From positions 21,142,001-21,206,000 of the forward strand of contig JBHGNT010000004.1 of the NCBI GenBank assembly GCA_043228905.1: a DNA stretch of 64,000 bases, in the 5' to 3' direction. The translations under genes and the position numbers were made by a program. Positions 1 to 11,026 of this stretch are shown piece by piece. Within the stretch, counting starts at the first letter, position 1; every line of letters starts with the position of its first letter. The notes under the pieces were generated by a model. The model was not told where the DNA came from. It made no database searches and saw only the letters and a program-made list of their open reading frames with translations. The DNA comes from Azolla caroliniana (lineage: Eukaryota > Plantae > Polypodiophyta).

Positions 1-883
1 GACGGCAATCGCGGCAAGTGAAGAAGAGTTGATGCTCATCACCGAGGAGAGTGAGATAAACCTTACCCTGGACCGGAAATTCTTCTCATCCTACTCAGTC
101 GGTGATCACTGCTGTGTCTGGATGGGGAATGAAGGAACATGCCGGTTGGTGTTGTCGGCATAGGAGACGTGTGGTTGACAACACCAACCGGTTGCAAGAT
201 GCTGTTGAAGCATGTCCGACACGTTCCGGAGGTTCGTCTGAACCTGATATCAGTCGGTCGGCTAGATGATGAAGGCTACACGGGTAGCATCCGGAATGGT
301 GTAATGAAGTTCAGCAAAGGGAGCCTGATTGTGGCTCGGGCCCGGAAGGTAAACACGTTGTACTTGATGAATGCCCGGTTATGTCCGGAGGAAGTGAATG
401 TGGCATCTGACACTGCCGGTGAGTTGTGGCACAAGAGGCCGTGTCACATGAGCGAGAAGGGGATGAAGAGGCTTGCAGACGACAACCTCATTCTAGTGAA
501 GAACGTGCACTTGGAGAAGTGCACTAATTGTCTGGCCGGTAAGCAAAACCGGACCTCCTTCCGAGCAAGGCCACCGATGAGACGTAATGCACCACTGGAG
601 TTGGTGCATACTGATGTGTGTCAAGTGGACACGAAGTCATATACAGGATCGCAGTACTTCGTGACGTTCATAGATGACCACAGCCGGAAGCTGTGGGCCA
701 CACCGTTGAAGACGAAGGATCAGGTGTTATCCGTCTTCAAAGAGCTCCACGCGAGAGTAGAAAGAGAAACCGGCCGGAAGGTAAAGGCGGTTCGAGCAGA
801 TAACGGAGGTGAATACCGGGGGCAGTTCGAGGAGTACTGTCGCTCGAAGGGAATCCGGCTCGAATTTACCGTGCCAAAGACGC
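1..883 (+). pseudogene. copia A pol, 5' part (protease remnant + integrase N-half)
   Basis: ORF 139..891 aligns with the polyprotein of E/I; the protease motif WVVDSGASFH is deleted near base 67; the frame runs into the gypsy LTR at 884. Confidence 0.9.
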
Positions 884-1505
884 TGTCGTGAAGAAAACCG
901 TCCACGAGCGGAATCGGTGCACCGGAGCGTAGAAACCGACTCTTCATGCACGTGCGCCTTAAGTTGTACATAGGAGATCCTAGGTAGATTCGGTAGGTAG
1001 GGAGTAAAGGGGAAACGGCTCCTTCCTTGCCTATAAAAGGAGGGAGACGAGGAGGGTAGAAGGATTGCGGAGAGTCGAGGACGAAGTGCTGTCGGTTTGC
1101 GTGCGAAGGCTTCTCTCTCTCTCTCTCTCTTTCTGGTTGCAAACGCCATAGCTTCCTTCTGTGCAGGTTTCGGGAGGCTCGCGCTGCTCTGAGGCAGCAC
1201 CTCCAACCTACTCCTTCCTCTCTGTGCGTTTACGAGCAGGTATCAGCATCTGTTCGCCGGCCTGTTCGGTCGTAACCGACTTCGTGTTTTGTTGTCTTCG
1301 TGTTCTTGTTGTTTGTCTTGTCAATACATACATACATTCGTGTCTTTCTGTGTCGCTGTCCCACTTGCGTCTTTGCGTCAAAGGGCCGTGTCCCTGTGGA
1401 TCTATGCTCGCACGTAGAGGGATTCTTCCCCTCCTCTCTTGCTCTTTGGTACAGGACCCCCGGGGTTCCGCCTCATTCCACGCATCCGCGAGGAATACCT
1501 CGACA
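884..1505 (+). repeat. G1 5' LTR
   Basis: Direct repeat of 7240-7859; by eye 10 substitutions and a 2-bp (CT)n difference; TATAAAA near 1032. Confidence 0.97.
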
Positions 1506-1508
1506 TCT

Positions 1509-1526
1509 TGGTGAACCCGACGTGAA
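1509..1526 (+). promoter_or_regulatory. Primer binding site, tRNA-Trp
   Basis: TGGTGAACCCGACGTGAA, 3 nt after the LTR, is complementary to the 3' 18 nt of plant cytosolic tRNA-Trp (...TTCACGTCGGGTTCACCA, recalled sequence). Confidence 0.85.
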
Positions 1527-1548
1527 GGAGGCGGCAGAAGAGCAGAAG

Positions 1549-3674
1549 ATGAGGGGGTCGGATCTTGCAGAGGCCATGGCTTCGGCCGTGGATCGGATAT
1601 TGAGCACACGCGAGGGCACCGGCGCCCTCGACAGAGCCATTGAGGCGGTTGTCGGTACGATCGGCCGTTTCAGCGGAAAGGATGCTACGAAGTATTTGGC
1701 GTCCTACAGGGCGGAAATGCTGATGCGGGACATTCCGGAAGAGAGGCGTCTTGCCGGGTTCCCTCGAGTGGCGATGCCGAGCATCCATGCGGAGGTGCTC
1801 GAGGTACGGGCGGAGAGCCGTACCTAGGAGGAGTTCGAAGGCCGACTCCTAGAGAAATATGGGCTGGATGACACGCTCCGGCTTTCGAAACAGGACTTCA
1901 TGGAATGGGTGGAGCCCCCCCGCAAAGGAAGAAACGCGTCGGCACTCCTCCGGGAGTTCGAAGAACGCTTTGCGCGCCTTTCGGCGCTTGACCGAACCAT
2001 TCTGGATACGAGCCGGGTCCTATTGTTCGTCAAGTCGGTGGACGAGCGGGACCGGGATCAAGTCGGCTCCTTGCTGGAAACCGAAGACGGGCTGACAACC
2101 GACTAGGCTGCGGTTAAGAGAGTCTGTGGCCGTTTCGACAAACGGCGAGAATGGGCTGACAACGGGGCGGCCGGTGCGGGCTCTGTTACAGCAAGGAGGC
2201 TTGAACCGGCACCGCAAGTGCGAAGGGAAGAAACCCGGGAATGGCTCGAAACCGGTCTGGCTTCGACCGGCATGGTCAATGGCTCGTCCGGAGGAGCGGC
2301 GCTGGAGGAGTTGACGCGGGCGATAAAGGATCTCCAGATCGCCCAGACTCGAAGGGAAGGCGGCGAACCGGCTCGTGACCGACGGTCGGCAACGGGGAAC
2401 AGGTGCATGTGGTGCGACGAGGTTGGCCACATCGGAAGGACTGCGGCGATTTCGCAGAGGCGTTGAGGAACCGGGTGGTGTACCTGTGGGAAGGCCGGGT
2501 GCACGCCGGCGACACTAGAAGGGCCCTAAACCGAAACGACGGGCGAGGAGGTATGAAGAGACTGATGGAAGAGGCGGCGGCCCGACACGTGGAGGCCATC
2601 CACTACTCGGCGTCGGCCGGCATTCGGGTCGGGGGCAGCGAGGCCCGAAAGGAGAGCAAAGACGGATTCTGGTCGGCAATGCTGGAAGGCCTCGCCGGTG
2701 CACGACTGAGGAAAGATGAAACGGACTGCGCTGAGAGACAGGTCCGGGAAATAACCGGGTGGAGCGACCCGGTCGAGGAGAAGACGGGCTTCGTAGAAGC
2801 CGCCTGCCGGAACTACGAGGCTCTGGTAGAAGACAAACGAGTGGGGAAAGCCTGAGCGGCCGGGCCTTCACAACGGTACGAGACCCGATTCGGGCAACGA
2901 TGGAACGATGCCGGCGGGCCCAGCTCGCAAAATAACCCCAGGAAGGGCGGATACCGACTGGGGACGGAAATAGAAAGGACTACGGACCTACGGAAGGTCC
3001 TAGAGGAACGGATCCTCGACAGCAAGGTGGAGCTGTCATTGCGGGAGGTGCTAGGGATCGCCAAGAAGGAGTTCCACGACTCCATTGTAGACTTGGTGAA
3101 ACGGAAGAGGCTGTCGACGGAGACGGATCCGGAAAGACCGGTAGAGGTGCGGACGACGCACATCGACGACTCGGCGCTGGCAGATGAGTTGGCGGAGAGC
3201 CACTATTCGAGGCCACACTGGGCCCGAGCGACCACGGAGACCTCGGTAAAGATCGGAGAGGTTCAGGAACCGGTGGTGGCACTGGTGGACCACGGTTCGG
3301 AAATAAACCTGATGTCCATGGACTTCTATAAGAAGGGGAAGTGGCCGATCAACACCAAGCACGGGTGGAAGATACGGGCGGCGACGCGCGCCACCGAGGA
3401 ACTGCATGGGGCTTGCCCGAACGTACGAGTCAAGATCGGCGACGTCGAGATTGACCAGCACTTCTTCGTACAGGAGACGTCTTCGCACCCGGTCATATTA
3501 GGTGAACCATACATCACGGCGGCGCGAATGGAGACCAAGGTGCTAGACAACGGTTCGGCCTACGCAAGGGTCAAAAGCCAAGACGGGCGCCATTCTGTCC
3601 AATTTCTGACCGTGAGACCGAACCACGAGCGGAACCGCGAATCCCTCGGTGGCGAGAACCGGGAGGATTTTTAG
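1549..3674 (+). pseudogene. G1 gag-protease ORF
   Basis: Capsid-like region, zinc knuckle CMWCDEVGH..DC, aspartic protease ALVDHGSEINLM...VILGEPY; stops at 1825, 2104, 2853 and a 1-bp frameshift near 2435. Confidence 0.9.
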
Positions 3675-6600
3675 AGAGGGCTGCCAAGGCGTGGGGCCGA
3701 GACAGTCCGGACACTCGGGAAAGACCCCACAGCTGTACGATAGAACCGAAACCGAAGAAACCTTGTACGATAGGTAGAAAATTCTGCTTCTCCGGCAACG
3801 GAGGATGTATGATAGTCGGCATCGTTGGCCGAGAAAGGGCAAGGGCGGAGGAGCGACTTCGAGCGTGCGGAGTTATCGGCCCGGACGAGGAAATCAGCGG
3901 GGCCGTGGAGGCGGTCTCCTTCGACGACACCTTGGGGATGCTGAGGAAGGTAGCCGGAGAAGACCTTAACGAAGACCGCACGATACTGGTATGTTCCAAA
4001 GAGATGTACGAAGTCATCGCGGACTTCAGTCAGGGGCTCGAGTCGGATCGGATGGCCCGAGTTAGCACGAAGTACAAGACTGTGGATCGGAAGGTAAGGC
4101 CGGTCGCGGCACCCTTGCTGGAGGGCAGCGAGTCCCGAATCAGAGGGGTGGCGTCGGACCCCAGTTTACGAGATCCGGCCTGCATAGGACACACCTTCAC
4201 CGACGGGACGCTCCGGGAGCTCAAGATCGGTGGGGGCGGGTTCCTACTGCCGGCGGAGGAAGACCGGTTTCGGAGAATGCTCGGAAGGCACGGGAAAGCC
4301 TTCGCATTCTCGCCGGAAGAGATCGGGTGCGTAGACCCGACAATCGTGGAGCCGATAGTGATATTCACGGTATCGCATGTGCCGTGGAATCTCAAGCCGA
4401 TTCCGGTACCAAGAGCTCACATCCCGGAGTTGATGGAGCTACTGAGGCAGAAAGTCGATATGGGCATTCTCGAACCGTCGAGTGCCCCATACTCGAACCG
4501 ATGGTTTACCGTACCGAAGAAAAAAGGAACATTGCGCTTCATTCAAGACCTGCAGCCGGTCAACAGAGTGACCATTCGGAACGCAGGAATCGGACCGACC
4601 ATAGACGACTTCGCGGAGGCCTTCGCCGGAAGGTCGATTTACTCGGTCGGTGATCTGTACTCGGGCTACGACCAGTTCCAGCTAGCCGTGGAGAGCAGAG
4701 ACATTACGACGATGCGAACTCCCTTCGGCCTAGTGCGAATGTGTACCCTGCCACAAGGAGGGAACAACTCGGTGGCCCACATGGTGAATGCAATGAACAA
4801 GGTACTGAGGGATTGTATCCCGGACATCACCATGCTGTTTCTAGACGACATCCCAATAAAGGGGTGCCCGGTGGAAGAGAAGGACGAGACACTCGGGCCG
4901 GACGGATGCCGGCGATTCGTGGCAGCACACATCGACGACTGCGAGAAGGTGCTACAAAAGCTAGAGGATGCGAGGCTCACCTTCTCCGGGGAAAAATCGG
5001 CCTTCGGGCAATCGGAAATCCTGGTGGTCGGACACCTATGTGGACCATATGGCCGGAAGCCGTCTCCGGCAAAGGTAGAAGCCATCTCCACGATGAAGAC
5101 CAACTGTAGCTCGGTTACGGAAGTTCGGAGGTTCCTGGGGGCATGCGCGTTCTACCACATATGGATCCCACATTACGCCCACGTTGCGGAGCCGCTATAC
5201 GGGCTGCTGAAGAAAGGGCGAAGATTCGAATGGCGAGACGAGCACACGGAGTCGGTCCAGAAGCTGAAGGAAGCTCTTGCGGCAGCACCGGCGCTCCGGA
5301 AGGCTATCTACGAGAAGGGTACCCCGATATACATAACGGTGGATACGAGTCCGACCGGGATCAGATGGGTTGTCAACCAAGAAGATGAGGACGGCATTCG
5401 GTTCCCGATCCGATTCGGCGCGAAGGTCCTCAGTGAGCGACAGCGAGGGTACGCCCAGGTTAAACGCGAACTCTGGGGTATCGTTTCGGCGGTAAAGGCC
5501 GACAAAGACTACCTGATCGGGACAGAAGTGATTATCGAGACGGATTGCCTGCCAATTCTCGGCATGGTTTCCGGATGCGCGACACCGGACCTGGCGATGC
5601 TCAGGTGGATAGCGTACATCAAGTCCCTGGACCCGGAAATACGACACATTTCCGGAAAAGACAACGCCATGGCCGACATGCTTTCGAGGGCGAGGTTTGA
5701 TGACGAGGGCGGCATGGTTTCGGAGGACGAAGAAGTCGGCGTGGACTTCTTCGAGACGGCGTACGTGAAGACCGATGGGGCGAGCACTCCGGCACTTAAC
5801 GGCTTCGACGAGAGCAAGTACGACGGCGAGTGGCTACAGATCGGTGGACTTTTGAGGACAATGACGCCGGATGCGTCATGGACAAAGGACGAGGCCAACC
5901 GGATCCGGAAGAAAGCATACCGATCTTTCTCCGGGACGGATACTTATGGAAGCACCCGAAGAAGAGGAACGACGTCCCGCTCCGGGTGGTGGTGATGAAG
6001 GAAGAACAGGAGGAGCTGCTGACGGCCTACCACGACAGCCCTTGGGCTGGACACCGTGGAACGTGGGCCACGTTCGAGAAGATAAAGGGGAAGTACTGGT
6101 GGTCGGGACTGTATTGGGACGTGCATCGGTTCGTGACAACTTGCGAGAGCTGTCAGATGCACTCCGTAGTCCGACATCGGGACGAGCTTCACCCTACGTA
6201 CCCTCCGACCATCCACTTCAAATGGATGATAGACCTGGTGACGATGCCGATGGGAGTAGGACAGATGCGGTATCTTGTCCTACTCGGGAAGATCTGACGA
6301 ACCAGGTAGAAGGCCGAGCCCTTCAGAACAAAACGACCGCGGCCGTATGTCGGTTCCTGATTGAGGACGTGATATGCCGGTACGGGTGCGTCAGGAAGAT
6401 CGTGGCTGATCGCGGGGAGTTGGACGCCGAAGAGGCCGAGGACCTGTTCGACCGGCTAGGAGTCAAGCTCTCGCTTACCACTGCGTACAATCCGGAGGCG
6501 AATGGAAAGGTGGAGCGCGGACATGGACCGATCGTCAAGGCGTTAGTTTGGGCATGCGGAGGTCAAGTCGGGAACTGGTCGCGGCTGCTGCCTTACGCGT

Positions 6601-7166
6601 TCTGGGCTGACCGAACTACGCACAGTTTGGTAACCGGGTTCATGCCGGCAGAGCTCATGTTTGGGCAGAAGCCGGTCATGCCGATGGAACGTACGATCTC
6701 CTCGTGGGAAACTGTGGATTGGAGAGACGAGATGAGCCGGGAGGAACTGCTGGCGGCGCGCATACGATAGCTCGAGCGAAGACCGGAGGACGTGGAATAG
6801 GCTGCAGAAAAGCTTCGGGAAGCAAGGATGAGGAACAAAGCCCGGTTCGACCGAACACACCGGCTCTGACCGAAGAAGATCGAGGAAGGCGACTGGGTGC
6901 TAGTCTACGACAGCAGCCTCGACAACCAGCACCGAGCGATGCGGAAGTTCGCAAGAAGGTGGTTCGGGCCTTACGTGGTACAAAGCGCCAACGACAACAG
7001 GACGTACCATCTGGCGGAACTCGACGGCACGAGAGTGGCGATACCGGTAGCAGGGAAACGGATCAAAGCGTTCAAGAAGCGTCACGACGACGAGCCGGAT
7101 CCGGTTAACCTGGACCGGGACGACGAACGATCCGAAACCGAGGAAGAACCGACGGGCGGGGAATGA
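3665..7166 (+). pseudogene. G1 pol (RT-RNase H-integrase), in the -1 frame relative to gag-pro
   Basis: ORF 3809..5995 (DLYSGYDQF, LPQG, FLDD, RNase H VDTS...) is open upstream through 3665; integrase HHCC/core/GPY motif in 5830-7166 with frameshifts and stops; no chromodomain seen. Confidence 0.92.
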
Positions 7167-7239
7167 AGGCTGGACTGGTTTTCTCCGTCCCAACACAATT
7201 TGGCGCATGCCGGTGGATGCGCGGTTAGGTGGGGGCGGA

Positions 7240-7859
7240 TGTCGTGAAGAAAACCGTCCACGAGCGGAATCGGTGCACCGGAGCGTAGAAACCGACTCTT
7301 CATGCACGTGCGCCTTAAGTTGTACATAGGAGATCCTAGGTAGATTTGGTAGGTAGGGAGTAAAGGGGAAACAGCTCCTTCCTTGCCTATAAAAGGAGGG
7401 AGACGAGGAGGGTAGAAGGATCGCGGAGAGTCGAGGACGAAGTGTTGTCGGTTTGCGTGCGAAGGCTTCTCTCTCTCTCTCTCTTTCTGGTTGCAAACGC
7501 CATAGCTTCCTTCTGTGCAGGTTTCAGGAGGCTCGCGCTGCTCTGAGGCAGCACCTCCAACCTACTCCTTCCTCTCTGTGCGTTTACGAGCAGGTATCAG
7601 CATCTGTTCGCCGGCCTGTTCGGTCGTAACCGACTTCGTGTTTTGTTGTCTTCGTGTTCTTGTTGTTTGTCTTGTCAATACATACATACATTCATGTCTT
7701 TCTGTGTCGTTGTCCCACTTGCGTCTTTGCGTCGAAGGGCCGTGTCCCTGTGGATCTACGCTCGCACGTAGAGGGATTCTTCCCCTCCTCTCTTGCTCTT
7801 TGGTACAGGACCCCCGAGGTTCCGCCTCATTCCACGCATCCGCGAGGAATACCTCGACA
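7240..7859 (+). repeat. G1 3' LTR
   Basis: Direct repeat of 884-1505, preceded by the PPT. Confidence 0.97.
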
Positions 7860-7863
7860 ACGC

Positions 7864-9947
7864 CGGAACTAAATGGGTTGGTCGAGAGGATGAACCGGAC
7901 CATAATGGAGAGGGTCCGGAGTATGCTGGCGCATGCAAAACTACCCAAGACGTTTTGGGATGAGGCACTGTTGACGGCGACATATGTGATAAACAGATCA
8001 CCCTCAGTACCCTTGGACGGAGACACGCCACAGAGACTCTGGACCGGTAAGGAAGTGTCCTACCGGCATCTGAAGGTATTCGGGTGTCTCGCGTACGTGC
8101 ATGTTGCTAAGGACCGGAGAGGAAAGTTAGATCCAAAGACCCGGCCATGCATATTCCTCGGTTACGGTGACGATGAGTTTGGCTACCGAGTGTGGGACCT
8201 GGTCGACAAGAAGGTATTCCGGAGTCGAGATATTATCTTCATGGAGTACAAGACGCTCGCCAACTGGGAGTCGGAGAAGAAGATAATGAATTCCGAGTCG
8301 ACCGGTAAGGATCGATTCTACGATGAGCAGACCCAACCGGCAAGAGACCGGTTAGCACTCGAGGAACCAGCCGGTTACGGTGAGGATACCGAACCGGCAG
8401 AAGAAGAAGTAGAGGAAGCTGAAACCGGAACCGGCCAAGACCCCGAATCGGATTCAGATGAAGAGCAAATAGAGGAGCCGGTTACCGAAGCCTAGAGACA
8501 GAGATATCCTCTCAGAGAGAGAAGGGCCCCTCGGAGATTTCTGGATGCAGAGCATGTACTGCTAACCGATGAGGGGGAGCTAGAAAGCTTCGAAGAAGCG
8601 AAGGATGACACCCACAGCCGCAAATGGTTAAGTGCCATGCAGGATGAGATTGATTCCCTGCATGAGAACCATATGTACGAATTGGTGGAGTTGCCGAAAG
8701 GAAAGCGGGCACTCCGAAACAAGTGGGTGTGAAAGTTGAAACTAGGAGATGTCAGTGCAACCCCCCGAGATACAAAGCCAGGATCGTGGTGAAGGGGTTC
8801 CAGCAGAAGAAGGGCGTGGACTTCGACGAGATATTTTCCCCGGTAGTAAATATGACCTCCATCCGAATGGTGCTGAGTATAGCAGCAAGCATGGACCTCG
8901 AGGTAGAGCAGCTGGACGTGAAGACGACATTCCTTCACGGCGACCTCGAAGAGGAGATCTACATGCAGCAACCGGAAGGATTCGTGGAGAAAGGGAAGGA
9001 GCACCTGGTTTGCCGGTTGAAGATGAAAGGCTCTCAACCGAACCTTCTCAATGAAAGACTTGGGTCCGGCAAGACAGATGTTGGGGATGCATATTATCCG
9101 GAACCGGTCAGTGAAGCAATTATGGTTGTCATAGGAGAAGTACGTGACAAAGGCGCTTCACCGGTTCAACATGTCAGATGCGAAACCGGTCGGATTGACA
9201 TTTCCCGCAAACTGCAGGTTATCCGGTAAGCAAAGCCCAAAGACAAAAGCAGAGAAGGCGGATATGATGAAGATTCCATATGCCTCTGTCGTCGGGAGCT
9301 TAATGTACGCAATGGTGTGTACCCGACCGGATATAGGATACACAGTCGGAGTGGTGAGCCGGTTCATGAGCAATCCCGGCAAGGAGCACTGGAACGCGGT
9401 CAAATGGATACTCCGGTACTTGGAGGGCACTTCGCATATGTGTCTCCGATTCGACTCAGGAAAACCTCAACTTGACGGTTTTACCAATTCGGACATGTCG
9501 GCTGATGTGGATACCAGCCGGTCTACATCCGGGTATGTAATGACATATGCAGGGGGAGCTGTTTCGTGGCAATCGAGGCTGCAGAAGACGGTTGCGCTGT
9601 CAACCACGGAGGCGGAGTACATGGCGGCTGTGGAAGCCGGCAAGGAAATATTATGGATGAAGGACTTCATCGGAGAGCTCGGTATCCCGCAAGATGAATA
9701 CCGGCTCTATTGCGACAGTCAAAGTGCCGTCCACCTTGCTAAGAATGTGGCCTACCATTCTCGGACGAAGCATATCCAGCGAAGGTATCACTGGATCCGG
9801 GAAAGAGTAGATGACCAGGAGTTCGCGCTGACGAAGATCCACACGGCCGAGAATGGGTTAGATATGTTGACCAAAGTGTTGATACCCGACAAGCTGGATG
9901 CATGCCGGAAGTGGATCGGACTAGTAAGACACTCCATGCCAGAGTGA
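7864..9947 (+). pseudogene. copia A pol, 3' part (integrase C-half, RT, RNase H)
   Basis: Resumes at PELNG after the TSD; stops at 8493 and ~8730; ~0.2-kb deletion near 9022 removes YVDD; RNase H in ORF 9144..9947. Confidence 0.9.
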
Positions 9948-9957
9948 AGGGGGAGTT

Positions 9958-10600
9958 TGTTCGAAGACAGGTCCCTCCGGATGGGAAGGGAGAAAAACAG
10001 TGCTGATGAGCAAACTCGGCCGAGGCCGATAGGTCGAGGCCGAAACCGGATAGTGCAGACCCGGTGAGAACCGGATGAGGAGTACCTGGCTTCGGAGAGC
10101 CGGATGGTGCAGACCCGGTGAGAATCGGATGAGACCCGGTGAGGAGTGCTCACCGGATGAAGAGACATATTCGTAAATATGTTTCTTATAGTCCATCGAG
10201 ACTATATTTGTAAATAGCAAAAAAGTCATATTATTATAAATATGACTTAGGGCAAACTTATTGTGTGTGTTGTAGATGTTGGTTGTCATTCTTGTTGGTG
10301 CAAGAAGACAGAGCGCGTAACTGTGTACAGAGAGAGAGAGAGAGAGAGGAAGAGGTCGTTGCCTCTGTTGTAACCGCCGCCTGTGGCGAAGATAGAAAGC
10401 TCGAGGTTGTTGCCTCGATGCTTTACTGTTGTACACTGTAATATAGTGATAGTTTGCAGCCTATGGGCTGCCGTGGTTTTTCCCTAGTTTGGGTTTTCCA
10501 CGTAAACATCCTGTGTACTGTTCTCTTCACTGTGTCGTGCATTCATTCCTGTTTTTTGGGTATGATTCTAAGCTCGGTTGTGGCCGAGCGTTGCGCATAA
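9958..10600 (+). repeat. copia A 3' LTR (terminal CA degenerate, end approximate)
   Basis: Starts TGT after the PPT; homologous to the E/I LTRs (TATA palindrome, GGGTTTTCCACGTAAA, GTGGCCGAGC). Confidence 0.85.
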
Positions 10601-11026
10601 GGAGCATTTGGTTCCCGTCACGATTGCCATTTTGTTGTTTCACGGTAGACTATTAGGGTTTTATTTCTTCTTCACCTTATCCCTATTTTGTTTTAGGGTT
10701 TTCGTTTGGTCATCATGGTAGTAGTTAGGAAGGTTCAGGGTTTCCCTCTCTCTCCCTTTAGTCATTGTCGTTTCTTTTAGTTGTGCTTGAGTCTGGCCTA
10801 AATGGTTGCGGTTGTAATCATTTAGTGGCCTCTTGCCTGATAATGGAATTAACTTGATGAACCTTGTCTCCATCTACTTCTCTACCGTGTCAATCTCTTC
10901 TTCTTTCTCCTACCCTTTTGAGCTCGAAGGCCGTAAGGGATAAGCTCTCATTTCCCCTCAACTCCCTAGTCCAAGACCCCCTGTGGTCCCGCCCAAGCTG
11001 ACACATACCCGGGGATTTCCGTGACA
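10601..11026 (+). repeat. 3' part of a gypsy-group LTR 'J' (host of copia A)
   Basis: Carries the group's U5 motif GTCCAAGACCC..GGTCCCGCC and ends CCGTGACA, followed by ACGT. Confidence 0.7.

Larger units (their letters stand above)
884..7859 (+). mobile_element. Ty3/gypsy LTR retrotransposon 'G1', full length, defective
   Basis: LTRs 884-1505 and 7240-7859 (TG...CA); 4-bp TSD ACGC at 880-883/7860-7863; PBS; PPT GGTTAGGTGGGGGCGGA 7223-7239; order gag-CCHC-PR-RT-RH-INT. Confidence 0.97.
1..10600 (+). mobile_element. Ty1/copia LTR retrotransposon 'A' (Tnt1/Tork-like), defective; 5' end outside window; interrupted by gypsy G1 at 884-7859
   Basis: GAG-pre-integrase (LWHKRxxH), integrase (HTDVC, DNGGEY), RT and RNase H (STTEAEY) in copia order; PPT GAAGGGGGAG before the 3' LTR at 9958; clearly homologous to elements E and I in this window. 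Confidence 0.95.

Noticed and set aside
7166-7239. env-like or chromodomain addition after gypsy integrase
   Set aside because: Integrase ends shortly after the GPY motif with an acidic tail, and only ~70 bp precede the LTR.
7515-8495. 326-aa ORF fusing gypsy LTR sequence to copia integrase
   Set aside because: Chance in-frame junction at the insertion site; GTG start; no sign of function.
10003-10070. Hammerhead-ribozyme-like CTGATGAG...CGAAAC in the copia A LTR
   Set aside because: The cleavage triplet would be GUG, stem I cannot form, stem II is poor, and the motif is absent from the E and I LTRs.
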